Shown here one piece after another: positions 39,858 through 53,180 of a stretch of DNA of 64,000 nucleotides. The DNA comes from Tubiluchus corallicola. Taxonomy: Eukaryota > Animalia > Priapulida. Within the stretch, counting starts at the first letter, position 1; every line of letters starts with the position of its first letter. Below the pieces are notes generated by a model. It was given only the letters and a program-made list of their open reading frames with translations. It was not told the DNA's origin and did no database searches. The position numbers were made by a program, and so were the translations under genes. Location of the stretch: NCBI GenBank assembly GCA_030141605.1, contig JAQGDQ010000100.1, forward strand, positions 1 through 64,000, given 5' to 3'.

Positions 39858-40048
39858 GGTGGTATGTTACATACGATCGAGTAGAAGCGACTATTGTAAT
39901 GCAAGGGCAAAGAATGAGCAATGGCTTCTTGTACATCATTGACCGAGTATTACATAAACCAGGTGACCTACAAGTGAGCAGTTCCTTGACAACAGCAGCT
40001 TGCTTAGTGTTGACTTTATCTATGGTTTTAATAACAAAACTTTTTTAA
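39858..40048 (+). CDS. fas1: Fasciclin-1-like exon 13 (last H2 motif and GPI-signal-like tail)
   Basis: WYVTYDRVEATIVMQGQRMSNGFLYIIDRVLHKPGDLQVSSSLTTAACLVLTLSMVLITKLF*; small residues then a hydrophobic end with no cytoplasmic tail. Confidence 0.92.
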
Positions 40049-43000
40049 ACATAGGTAGTGAGTATAGGAGGAAACTATTTCGTTGTAAGAGATCTAGTTA
40101 AATGAATTGAAATACTAAAAAAGCTGCTGGGTTATGCCTATTGTATCTTTTGTATAAACTGTGCATTATGCTTATTTATATATAGATTATTTCACTTTCA
40201 AAAAGATCTTTTATTTCATTTTCCTGCATACTTTTTATCCAGTATTATTAATAAGCATAATGTGCAGTTTGTGTTTTACCACAAAGAATATTAACTGGCA
40301 GCACATTAAGTTAAACATATGAAATAAATAATTTTACCACTTTAAAGAACATATGCTGGTTAAATTTTTTCATTATGTAATAACTTATTTTTGACCAACT
40401 AGCAAACTAGCATGTGAACATGTAGACTATTCTCTTTTTAACAGAGTTGTTTAAATTGTCTTTTTTGGATGGACATGTAGGATGGACTATTTCCTGTTTC
40501 CTATGAAATTTTTCTGAAATAATTATCACGTTAACATGTATGTTTTTACTCCAGCAATTATGCAGTATGGCATTTTACATACTTGCATACAAACAGAATA
40601 GAAAATTATTATTAGTTACCAAGAAATTTTTCTTCACTAAAAAGTTTGCAATAATGTCTGGAAATGAAACTTACAACATTTGTGAGCAACACATAAAGTC
40701 TTTTATGCTTTTCCTGTTAAAAAAATGTGTGTTTAATGAAGCGACCAAATAAATTTTGGTATTTTTTTATATTCATTCATCATACACACTGCAGTTAGCA
40801 GATTTTGTTTTATGCAAAAGTGAAGTTTGCCTCAGTTAATTCTCAAAGCGAACTAAATTAGCTCTATTAATAAGATATTAGGTATTATCTAGAAATATAA
40901 CTTATATGACATGCTCCACCTCATAAAATGTCTGAAAACTTTGTAGGTTTGAGTAAAATTAAACAGCCACTTTTGACATAAAACATTTGTAATTGGATTT
41001 AAAGGATAACTGAAGATAATTATTGCTTCTGCTCAATTAGGATAACAGTTAGGTGTACTATAGAAGATATTATATGACGTGTATTACCAAATTTTATGCT
41101 ACTGATGCCTCATGTCTTCAGAATTTTTAATGGGAAACAAATGGATTTTTTGTTATTAGTAAAAATTCAAATAATAAATCACTCCTTTCAATGTTAAAAG
41201 TTTTAAATTTTGTAACTTTAGACACTTAATCTTACGATCTTGTTGTTTCAATGTTCTTTTACGGTTTATATGCTGGCCACACTACACCGCATTTCTGTTG
41301 TTAAAATATTAAATTTTCAGTTAATTGTTTTCCCATCTTTCATGAAATCGTTCTTGTTTAAGTTTAATCAATGCTGTATTTATTAACAATCGTTGCAATA
41401 ATTACTTCAGTGTTGTAATTTTTCATTTTGCATCATGTTTCTACATTCTACATTGAGGAGACCTCCAATTAATTTGTATATAAGAGCAATGCTTGCCTGA
41501 ATTTATCAGAATTTGGCAAGTAATTTTAGGTGATACCTACAAACAAGTTTTATATTTGGTGTGCCCTGTGAGCTAAGATGGGATTATCATATATAGGCAT
41601 TTGTGTTATTTGACATAAATATGATAGACTGTTGTTGTTTTTATCATGAATGTAATATTTTTTGTATTTCTTTTTAAAAGCTTCCTTAAATATATGATTT
41701 TAAAATGCAGTTTTTCATTGTGTATCAAATTATATTCGTCTGTCTAAATGAAACTGCAAAAGAATTTTAAGACATAAATGAGAATATCTGCAAAACTATA
41801 GCTGGCTTACATGATACTGCATATATTTATTGCATATATGAGCGTGTTTTGCGGATAACTTGCTTCTAATATTATGATTGTAAATAATTTTTGTAATAAG
41901 TGAAATATTGTAGCAGGTTTTTTAATGATGTTAGACAGCAGTCATAACTAAGTAAGATAGCTCTAAATTTTATCTTTTATCATGGCTTTTAAATTTTATC
42001 TTTAATCCGTATGGGCCTAAATAATTTTCTGTATTATTTAGATGTGTTGATGACTTAATAGGTCTAGCTGAAATGTTTTCACTGTAATATCAAGATAGGC
42101 CTATTTAAAGTATAGTGTTTATTTTTGGTGTAGTTAATAAGTGATAGTAAATATTTTTGCACATAGGACAATACTCATACTTTCTTAGAACTTGTCTGTA
42201 TAGGACAGAAAATTCTGATGCAATAAAGTTGCACAAAATATAATGCTTGCTCTACGTTAGTTATATAACAGTAACTGCAAATATTCCTGAGTCATTTACA
42301 AAACTATGCATTTATTTTTGCTGTGCCTTACAAAATGATTGTCTTTCTATGAATATTCATACAGCAATGGCAACCAGTCTGGTTTTCACCTATATTTGCC
42401 AATTTTGAATTCTTTTTCACAGAGGTCCATTTTTGTATCTCAGAAATTCAGTTAGATATATAATAAAGCACACAGAGTACATGGTCAATTTCAAATACAT
42501 GTTCATCATTAGATGATTTTGTTGTAGATTTATAATAAAGCTCTCCAAAATCTAACATTTCACCTATCATGATGATGTTCTCTCAAGAATAAAATGTAAA
42601 AGTTTGCTAAAAGTAAATCTAAGCCTAAAACTTTCACATGTAATAAAGATGTGCAATATAATTTCAAAATAGTACAGCTTTGCATCTACGTTTGATTTTT
42701 ATAAATAGCAATTATCTATTTCATAAATCTCATAATTATTAATAACTGTTGACAGTAGCGTCACACTGATTTATCGCTTGAATGCCAATATGGCGTACAT
42801 TGTTGCATTATTTAGTATAATTACAGAATTGTTAGTAGTGGTTTTGTGAGAAAAATAATAATAATGATTCATTATTTTAGCTTCGCTTAAAGAAGCAGCT
42901 TTTTAGCTTATGTGTATGACTCTCATTAAAAATGTTTTTGTGCCGATGCAAAGTGCAGCAACGTAAAAATTTTTATGTAACGTTATTTTACTCCAGTAAA

Positions 43001-44989
43001 CAAATTAAGTGCAGTAATTGACGTTATACTGTATTAGTTATAAAATGCGTAGAGCGTGAATAATGAATTTATTGCATAATTGCTCTCTTGAAGCAGCCAG
43101 GATGCGCCAGCACAGCAGTGTAAACTAATTTGCATTAGAATCAGGGATGTCACAACTGTGTATCCTACTACAGCAATTATGAGGATTACTTTCACATTTT
43201 TCACTCGCCCATATAGAGCTTGTGTAGAAAAATAACAAAACCAAACTTTGCTTATTTACTGGAGTGGATGCGTTTGAAAGCCGCGTTTTTTCTATTTCAT
43301 TTTGATGTTGCTGAAGTCGGTATTGTGTGGGATGTGACGCTTCACCAACCGCTATAGAATTTTTGTCGTGATTCATTTGGTCCTTGTTTTATTCCTTCTC
43401 GTTCTAATCTGCAAAAATTATGTTAACATCATTACCTACGTTTTTACGTGGCCAGCTAGGATCAGAAGCTTGGTTTAATCGATGCAAACAAAACGAACGA
43501 CACAAGCACGAAATAACATGGCATTTTAAACGAAGTCATGTCATATTGAACAATTTGTATAACTGCTTCTAGTTATAGCTGCGGTAGTTTCATTTTTCTA
43601 AGAATCAAATTACGATTGTGAGCGCAGCAAACCATGGACGATTGCATGTAGGTAGAAAGCATAAGATGAACAGGGCTCGATACACAGAAATGTAATTACT
43701 GGTAGTAATTTTAATAATGTGGATGGCATTACTGCTAGGCATTAAATAATATCGCTGATTATTGACATGTAATAAAAGAAAATGCAACATTGCGCGTTAT
43801 TTTTTCCTGTTTGCTCTTGGGGTTAGTGAATGAATACTTAAATAACCAAACAAGCGAACAAATGAAAATGAAATCTGCTTCTTTGAGTGACAAGCTAGGA
43901 TCCATAGAACACTTAAAAATCAAAATAAAGTGTTAGGTATTAAACAACTAAACTGATTGATTGAAATTTTATACGTACTCGGCCAGCATTCTTTCATACG
44001 AACCGGTGTCTTCCACACCTATGAATATAATTACAAACCATTCAATTAAAACGTATGTTTGTTTTGCAAAGTACTTAATTATACCTTCCTACAGCAGTTT
44101 AGAGCAGTTTTTGTTACCTTACAAAATTTGTAAGCTCGTTATACTGAAATAGTTCCAAGTTGGATGAAATATGATAGGACAGCATTAAATTACGCGGAGA
44201 CGGAAACTCCTACAGTCCTACACCTTTTCATTTTAACAACACTTTCACAGCAACCAAATTAAAGATTGTGATAATTTCTCGTGAAATTCTACACGAACGG
44301 ACCATGCTGCATTATTTTATAAGTGCATTTTAAAGCTCAACTGAAGTTCGTGATTACCTTGTGCGATTTTAAAGCGCATTGTAATTACCCTGAAATATCA
44401 TAATGTTACAGGAGCTCCTTCGCCCAATACATACGACCTAATTGTGTTAGAGCGAGAATTATGTTTAACAAAATACTTTGCCCAGTACACTGGTGTGACA
44501 AGTGGAGTGACCAATGGATAAAATTTTTGATAATGTTTTTTAATGAAAATAATAATTTCTTCACTTATTTGTCGAAGTACTCAAATTGTGATTTAGTAGA
44601 CACAATTTTAGACGATTAATTTTGTGAAAAAAACGATAATGGTTCCAACTATTGCAAATAACAGATAACTCATCTGCGGCCATACATTGCGCATATCATA
44701 ATAATCTTTCAAGCCAAACGAAAAAAAAGCTGAGATCCTAATAATTTTCATCACGTTGATAGCTGACAAAAACAGGTTTCAAGTTACGTGACATGATGGC
44801 GGACAGCTTGTATAATTTGAGATATCAGCACAAAGACAGCGAGACTTAATTACATTCTGCCATTCTTGCTTTGAAGGCTTAAAACCACTAAGTTGTCATT
44901 GCTTGCAGTGTGTTCGTTTCATTTATGTTGTTTTCGTATGCTGCCTGCACTCCTTCAAACAGAAGAGCAAATTGCATTCAGAACAAAAA

Positions 44990-45650
44990 CTTTGAAGAAA
45001 TGGAATAGCGAAATTTTGAAGTACGTTTCTTTATACAGATTGCCCAAAACAAGACCAATGGCTACACAGGACAGGCGCTGCACTTACAATAGAAAGTCAG
45101 AATAGGAATATAACCCAGAAATTTTCTGTTGTTATTATAACCAATTTGCTAGCGGTGGAGGCATCTGTTGATGTTCATCTTGAAGCAAATAAATTTGTAG
45201 TTAACAGGGAACAATTTTCTCGTACAAAATTCACCGCACAAGAGGAAGAAGGAAAACTCGATTTATAAGCCGGCGTTCTGCATTTAAAAACGCCCATTGT
45301 TAAAGGTAAAATTATGAGAAGTAGCTGCAATCCGCTGTTTCTAATAAACTGTCCGCGTTTGGAAATATGAAGCGAACCATGAAGAGAGACCCTAAGAGCG
45401 CCTTCCACTAAAGCAGCAAAAATGTTTAATGGAACAAGAGAATACAGGATTGACTCTATGGTGAGAGACAAGATCATAGAGTATAGTACCACACTAAGGA
45501 ATGTACACTTTCGAGCACGAACACCACTTTTCAATTGATTCTTCGCCACTTTTGTAATCAAAAGAACAAGGAAGACTGTAAGACTGACGAGGAAGACATA
45601 AAACACCGATATGTTGGTAAAAAGCATCAGCATATTTAATCTTCCTAACA
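44990..45650 (+). mobile_element. Probable ancient Penelope-like element relic
   Basis: TKFTAQEEEGKLDL resembles the Penelope RT motif I.FT.E.E..GKL.FLD; downstream FEHEHHFSIDSSPLL*SKEQ resembles the GIY-YIG C-terminal EH...H.ID....L..E; very degenerate. Confidence 0.4.
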
Positions 45651-45929
45651 CCTAGGCTTCACTTTTTTGCATTTAAACGGTAAGCCAGTCTCTGCCTGGG
45701 CAGTTCAGTTTCCTTCAAAACTGGATGAGCAAATTGGAGTTGTCTAGTGGGGCAATGCGGAAATTACTACATAGGCGTCAAGCTTAGAGAGTACTGCTTC
45801 TCGTTGAACAATGATAAACAATGATAGTGTCCAATTACGTTAATGTTAAACTTGTTCTTTCAATTAATAGATTGGAGTTGCTTATTACGTTTCTATAATC
45901 TCGTGTTGCTGCTTGAGTTATTGGGGTTA

Positions 45930-46417
45930 GTTTAGTTTAAACATAATTTATTTAGGATTAGATCAGACAGTTTGTACAACATGATTTAAGATCTTCACCA
46001 CAACAGACTTTATACACTATTTACAAGAATATTTACAGTAAGAATAGACTATACTTAGTTTTTAGTATACTTTAGTATACTAAAGTTTTACTACAGTGCT
46101 ACATTAGACATTAGTAAAAAATGGCGGTTAGTAAATATTAATGTACGATTATTTAAGAATGATGCATTTTATATCAGATAGAAACTACTGGAAGCGTTTA
46201 GTACATAATATAAAGTCATGTATACATTGGAATATTTTGCAGTTAGTAACATAGTTAAATTCATCTTTACCGAATAATAACAACTTCAACAGATCATTAT
46301 TTCCTAAGACAGCTATATTAAGGTTTTCGGGCTGAAGTATTGCATTTAATTTATCAAACATAACTACCCTAGCTAGTTGATACAATGGGCAGTGCAACAA
46401 AAAGTGTTCAACAGACA
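45930..46417 (-). mobile_element. 5'-truncated CR1-group LINE 3' end with a 14-bp target-site duplication
   Basis: VEHFLLHCPLY...LLLFG...N..IF.CIHDFILCTKRF*, then 3' UTR, AATAAA and a (TAAAC)n tail; AGTTATTGGGGTTA at both 45916-45929 and 46418-46431. Confidence 0.9.
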
Positions 46418-46489
46418 AGTTATTGGGGTTACGTGATAACTTGCTGTGTTAACTCGGTAATAGTTCATTTGTTCACCCAATCATTCGCT

Positions 46490-46840
46490 CATTATTTCAT
46501 CTAGTTACTTATATTATTTTTATTATTCCCTTGTTTGGTCGTTTGTTGTCCTGTTTGTCCATGCAGCTGTTTGTTGTTCTTTTTGTTCATTCAGTCATTC
46601 ATGTCGTCACTCGCTAATATAGCCCCTCATACGTTTGCTTGTCTGTTGTTCTGTCGCTTGTCCATTCGTTCATTTATGACTGAATTTAAGAACAGCTAAG
46701 ACACAGTATTCACGAAACCAATTCTACAAGCGTACGCTGTGACTATAGGGCTATAAGCAAAGTTATGATACATTACAGACTGAAAATTGTTAAAAAAACG
46801 TGTCCATTACCGGAGTAATTACAACCTAGTCTGTTAAGAA
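46490..46840 (+). repeat. Dispersed repeat, copy 2 (homologous to about 18215-18545)
   Basis: Same ordered blocks as copy 1. Confidence 0.75.
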
Positions 46841-46954
46841 ATACAAACACAAATACCAAAAATGGCTTCTCTTGGCAATAGCAGCAAAACATGGGCGAGT
46901 GAACTAAAGATGAGAGTTTGGCTTTAGTTGTTAAACTCAAAAGTTTACCATGGT

Positions 46955-47125
46955 AGAAGTTAACTCCTAAAGCAACTGAAATATATTTTCCAATTTAGAA
47001 TCACCAAGAGAGAACAAATAATTCAATTGTAGAAGTTAAATAAAAACCTCCTAAAGCAGCTGAAATATATTTTCCAATTTAGAATCACCAAGAGAGAACA
47101 AATAATTCAATTGTACAAGTAAATA
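46955..47125. repeat. Two-copy tandem duplication, unit about 84 bp
   Basis: CTCCTAAAGCA(A/G)CTGAAATATATTTTCCAATTTAGAATCACCAAGAGAGAACAAATAATTCAATTGTA occurs twice. Confidence 0.93.
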
Positions 47126-50100
47126 AAGGGAGTACCAGACAGCTTTTTCATAATAAAAACAAATCTAGTGTGGGCACTAACAAATAATTACTGAGCATCA
47201 ACTACGTCCCAAGAAAATTGCGCATTGAGCGAAATACACCTAGTTGTAATCCAACTGCATCAAAGCAAAACAGTAAGGCCCGACGAGAAATAATAAGAAC
47301 TGAAATAGTCTAATTTTTTGGGAGAAAAAATAATTGCTCATTTATTTCGAAAGATTGTGCTGCTTCCAAGACAATTTCTATAATTATGAATATGGAAGCA
47401 GTGCAAGCTTTAGAAGCGTCATGTAGAATAAATTATTTTGGATTATAATGCTTCTAATGCCAGCTTTATTGGAGGTTTAGTTAATTTTTAGCAAGTGCGA
47501 AAATAACTGAAGAACACCATTTACTTTTTCCGTTTTATACTTTCATCAATTTAATTTGTTTTTAGTGTTGATTAAACAATTTCCTATCTTATTGTTGTTG
47601 TTGTTGCTATTACTATTACTGTATTACTGTCACTGTTGTTGCCAATGTCTCCGTCGTTGCTATTGTTATTGTTTTTGTTATTTAACTTCAATGATGAAAG
47701 TTTATCTTAGACAACATATAGGTATGCACAACATTAACAAGTTACCTAGGTCTTCATACGCACATTCGCTTATTAGTTTTCCTTCTAATAAGCATTTTAG
47801 TTCTCTTTCGTATTCTGTTTTCCTCGCCCGAGATGATAACGATTCGGCATAGGGTGCACCTATGAAATATAGTGAATCATTGTTATTTGTCATGTATGTA
47901 TTTTCCAAAAAAACATAAACATAATTTTATATTTAAAGCCAGCCATTAAGTAGTTGTACATCTCGATGCGGAATTAATCATTTAATGTTTATTTCGAGTT
48001 TTGATTAAATCTGGAATCATGCTCTTACGGACACTACCTATATATATATATATATATAGGTAGTATATAGTAAATAGTAAAGTTTACTGACTTTAATTAA
48101 CACCCTCTTGGGGTCTAAGGAAACTTTGAAACCATCTTCTCCTGAAACTAGGTAGTATACTTGGGCACATTACCAACTAACGTCATTTAGCTCTACTCAA
48201 GTTTCGGTAAACAACTGAAGCTATTCTCACTTTTAGGATGGGCGCAAAATTAATGACATTTAATAAACTGTCTTGGGATCATTACATATCGCTCACAGGT
48301 TCTTTTTACTACTAAAACGTTCATTAATACTGGATCAGCACAATAGCACATTTTCCCTGCCTCATCGTTCACGTATTTCTCATCACTCGCTTTTTGCTGC
48401 AGCGCTTTAATTCAATTCCTAGTCGACATTTCATTGTAATTAGACGAACAATGGCTGTATATTTCCCATTCGGTATCATCAATTTCAGCCTTTGAGACCA
48501 CTGATTTTTACAACTTTAATTTGTTAAACACTTCAAATGGAAAATTCCACCTGAAATTTAAATGTATGTTTGTAACAGTAGATTGAAACGACATACATGT
48601 AAATTAAGAAGTACAAAATATACAAAATTGGAGTTACCATAGTTACCATTATTATAGGAATTAAATTTATTGCATAAACGATATAAGTTTACCGACGATT
48701 TATACATAAGCAAACAAATAGAGACTAACTGTCTTAAACGAAGTTGATGTATAAACGTGTTTAGACACAACTATTGGCACTGACATGTTTCTCTTAATAT
48801 ACCAGACGCATTTCGGCCCAACGCGTAATTAAAAGTTGCAATATTTGTAAGTACCTAGTTTGTGAGAGCGCACAGACCTATGCAACTAAAATGTGCACAA
48901 CAAAAAGTTGCAATCTGAGCTCAAAGTGTTCCGTAAACCTACTTGTTTTGAAAGAGCGCGCGCTGACGTACAATATTTAATTGAGCCACTTTTACTCAAG
49001 TTAACCATAGTTACTCAAGTGTAAGAAGAAAGCGGTGACTTATGAAGAGGCAATTTTAAACATATAAAAGATATAAAAGAAACATGAGAGACATAACAGT
49101 TAAAGTAAGAGGATAAATCATTCTTAACATCTTTGCGGTCTTCTTTCAAGAAATTCATTCCAGAGAGTCAAAGAAGGACGCTCAAAAATTGGAGACGAAA
49201 ATATGAAGTTTGAACGTGAACAACGACAGTACAATCAACACATCCTGACTACCGCCATAGCACACATTTTTTGTACTACTGATTTTTCCCTGCTCTGCAG
49301 CTTCACAATGACAGACATCCCTTACAATTATACTCCCGGCCCCTCACATCTTACTTAAACCCATGATACAGTGTCCAGTATGCCAGTCGCAGTTGCCTCA
49401 GAAAAAAATGCCCTCACCATGAAATATATGAACAGTAAGTTACATAAAATTCGCCCTTCTAAATAACTAACATATTTACATGTTTATCCCATGAATTAGT
49501 ACTGCTAAACAACCGCTGTATTTAAATTACGAACCTTACAACTGAGTGAGTTCTCCCATTCTTTCACTTTTATACAGCTTTTATTCTTAAGGTAATGTAT
49601 GCTAATATATTACAGCTACTACACCAGAGAGTTAAAATGGTGCAATAGATAAATAATTATGTTGTAAAACAACTATGTAGAGCAGTAAGATATGGGCAAG
49701 GATAAGAGTCGTTTCCTTAGGTGAAGTTTTTCTCCCCTTGATGTCAGTAATGTACAGCCTATAATAATTTGCAAAATTTCATCAAAATTACTCGAATTTC
49801 TGGGTAATAACCAGAGAATTTACTCGGTTGTGCCCATAAGACCACATTTTCATCAACTGCTGTTTAATTATTGGATCACCCAATACTTTTTATAAGTTTT
49901 ATTTCTTTTTTGGAAAGTGAAGTGCACTAATGTGAGTAACTTTCTTCGAAATTTAGATGCCAGTTGCGCATTTAAAAATTGCATCTCTACGCACTCGATT
50001 TCGTCACACCAGCAAAATTATTCGTCTGAGCGAGGGCTTCCAGTTACCAACGTTTCTAATTTTGCTCATCTGTTTTACTATACTGCCATTAACTTTGCAT

Positions 50101-50799
50101 CATAAGCATATTATTCGAGCTTTAATGATAGATTGTCTACTCGTTTGAAGAAATAAATTTTTATTGGTTTTTCCAGGTTTATCTCGGATTCTTGGTGTTC
50201 GTAAGCAATATAAAAAGCATCATGATCGTCGTGCAGAGTATGTCTAAGAGTATCTTTCCAGGCTGTAAGTCGCTAAATAGCTACTTATGCTAACGATGTG
50301 TTAAATGAGCGACAGCAAACAAGTTGGAAATAGAAGTGTAAATAACGACCTTCGCGGCAGCACATCTCTTGGTTACACATCTAATTAAAATGAACATTAG
50401 CGAGTTACATTATAAGTTAATAACGTAACCGGACTGCTAGGTAAATCATGTGTTGCGCAATCATCGCAATGAAGCCGCGAAACTGCACTAAATGCACACA
50501 CGCATACAGAAACCAAAATGTGATGTTTTAATGCGCTCATGCTTCTCTGCTTAAGTTCCAAACTTCAAATATTAAGCCTGTAGTCGAAGGCAGTCGTATA
50601 ATGTTGATCGCCATACTCGACGGCGTAAATCCGGATAAAAGGCATACTAAGATACTAAGTATGTGCCTACTTTATCATCGTATATAGTGTAAGTGACCCT
50701 TCGGGGAATCCTTCAAACTTAGTAGGTTTCATGAACAGCAGCTGCGATTTTTTGCTGTTTCCCAATGGATTATTTGCCCCATATTTGTCATCATACTAT

Positions 50800-50972
50800 A
50801 TTTGATAAAAATCTTTACAACTATGTAAAGATAAATATTTTGACAACTATGTATGTGTGATCATACTACTACATAATGATAAAGATTTTGACAACTATGT
50901 ATGTGTGGTCATACTACTACATAATGATAAAGATTTTGACAACTATGTATGTGTGGTCATACAACTATGTAA
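50800..50972. repeat. Minisatellite, unit about 48 bp, 3-4 copies
   Basis: GATAAAGATTTTGACAACTATGTATGTGTGGTCATACTACTACATAAT repeated. Confidence 0.92.
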
Positions 50973-50990
50973 CTAGAAAGCGTACCGAGG

Positions 50991-50996
50991 CTCTCT

Positions 50997-51085
<89 letters not shown>
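50991..51085. repeat. (CT)n microsatellite
   Basis: Directly visible. Confidence 0.97.
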
Positions 51086-51088
<3 letters not shown>

Positions 51089-51309
51089 CTCTCATACAGA
51101 ATTAATAAAGCACAACGCAAAGAATACCAGACGCACTTCGGTAACCAAAGATCACTTATAAGAGTGAATCTAGAAAGATTAACAATCAAATCAGAGGGAA
51201 TTAGACGCGCACTAATAACCTGCAGGAGTATTCCCTGCTGACGTAACGTCTGTACTGCTCTTATAATCACTCACGCTTGATCAGCTAGCTGCTTAATTAA
51301 TTGGAATTT

Positions 51310-53180
51310 GAGGTTCGTTTGGTTGATTAACGTAATAAGAGAAGGCAGATTTATGCATTTATTACGTAAGCAGTGGTTCATGTTTTAGTCCAGTTAAATT
51401 GTAGCAGTCATCTGAACAAATTGCAACAAAAATATTTGCACTTTCATCTTAGGTGTTCAAAAAAATGTGCTGATTAACATATTAAAAATCTACTGCAACT
51501 AGTTGGTGAAACCTCAAAACTGCAAGAAGCTATCGGCCATTACCAAAAAACGAGAGTTTTGCTGCAACTAAATTTTAAATTAAGGATAATAAACTGCAGG
51601 TATACACCTATATTTTTAAGATCAAAGAAAACAATGGAGACAATGGATCTCTCAGATTATCAAAACATCTCAGAACCACAAAAATGAAAATATGCCCGCC
51701 ATTACCAAAAAAACGGTTTCTGCGCTGTAACTGAGTTGTAAGGTGTCCAAATGTGTCCACACCCTTGTTTTTTAAGTTTTTTCGCTAGTTACAAGTATCG
51801 TAATAACCAAATACGACTCTTTTTCTAAAAAGCATATCAAGACTCATTTAATCCTTAGTTACTGCAAACCTAAATTGTTTACTAATTATTATAACTAATT
51901 TTAAGTTCTTTAATTTTTATATTTAGTACCTACCATGTTTGGTACAAATTTAGTTATTATTTCTTATAATAATTAGTCTTTTTAGTCAGATTAAACTTGT
52001 AAGACTTATGAAAATCCACAGTGTGTTGATATACAGACCTGTCCTTTGTAACACAGGTGGCAAATAATTTTCACGTTTTGTCATTTAACCCCTTGAACGT
52101 TCCGGGTACATCTTGGGCGAAAGTCATTCAGCTGTTGGCTCACTCTGTCTTCTAGTAACTACTAGTAGTAAATGGACTACTGTTAATACTGTTAGTAACA
52201 TAAACTGGTAAATGGACTGTAAATTATATATATTTGGACATGCTTGGACTGACTTGGTCCCATGCCATCTGCATGTGTGTTCAAAGACAATTACTATGTG
52301 ATGGGTCAATGTTACTAGCTCAACATCAATGTGTCGAGGTTAATGACCTTGGCTTTAAGCAGCTACCAGTCCATTTTAGTTTAAAAGCTGCTTACATAGT
52401 TCTTAAAACGTGTCAGCGTCAATGTTAAAATCAACACGGCCCATTGCAGGTTGGTACCGTTTAGAGACAAATTGACCATTAAGCTAATAAGGCTATAACG
52501 TTAAGCTTTAAATTTTGTTAGGCCCTTGGAATCCTGAGACCGATGCAAATACAGATAACAGAAATACAAATAAAATGATATTGAAAAGGAATGCTAATTA
52601 ATAACTTTCCTTTTGCTCTTAAAACACTGCTAGTGTACAGCTTAGCGGTTATTTTGCTGCTTACTTTAAGCATTTTGCAGTTAAAATTTGTTAACCAGTA
52701 TACAGATGAAATTAGTTATTATGACATTCGTTAGTTATGGTGACGTACTTGTCACATTCTCTGACCTTAGAAACATGGATATGGATACAACCTTAGCCAC
52801 ACTAAAGCATTTTACTACTTAGTTATAGTACGAAAACGAAATGTTTTGCTAATGGCGGATATATTTCTCATTTTTAGGTTTCGGAGATGTTCTGATAATG
52901 TTAGAAATACTGTCATTGTTCTCTTTTACCTTAAAAACATAGGTGTTTGCCTACATTTCGGCTTTCTTTAGACACTTTTTGGTGTGTTGTAGCAAAATTC
53001 TCGGTGTTTGTCAATGCCCGACAGTTTTTTGCAGTTTTGAGGGTTTCCACCAACTTGTGTGTTGTAGATTTTTAGTATGTTAATCATCATGTTTTTCTGT
53101 AAAAAAATTGTTACAATTTGTTCACGTGATCACCTAAAATAAGCTAGATTAACTGAACCAATGTTGGGAAACGAACCTCT
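51310..53180. mobile_element. Foldback-like non-autonomous DNA element with long (about 400-bp) diverged inverted arms
   Basis: About 51310-51760 mirrors about 52800-53180: GAGGTTCGTTT/AAACGAACCTC, TGAACAAATTG/CAATTTGTTCA, TGATTAACATA.TAAAAATCTAC/GTAGATTTTTA.TATGTTAATCA, CCTCAAAACTGCAA/TTGCAGTTTTGAGG, CCGCCATTA/TAATGGCGG. Confidence 0.82.

Larger units (their letters stand above)
20848..40048 (+). other. fas1: Gene model: fasciclin-1-like cell adhesion molecule, 13 coding exons, 681 aa, four FAS1 domains, probable GPI anchor
   Basis: Exons 20848-20949, 30783-30945, 31567-31769, 31877-32040, 32283-32448, 33450-33597, 34024-34201, 34377-34539, 34977-35103, 37677-37821, 38311-38482, 38865-38988 and 39858-40048 join in frame (2046 nt), all GT-AG. 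Four H1 motifs (TVFAPTNEAF, TVFLPNDNAL, TVFVPSNYAF, TVFAPNNEAF) and four H2 motifs (NGILHKIDRIL, NGVVHIIDTVL, NGVIHLIDSIL, NGFLYIIDRVL). Confidence 0.92.

Noticed and set aside
49100-49450. Possible minus-strand CR1 3' remnant
   Set aside because: Only a TLWNEF-like motif is discernible; too degenerate to support
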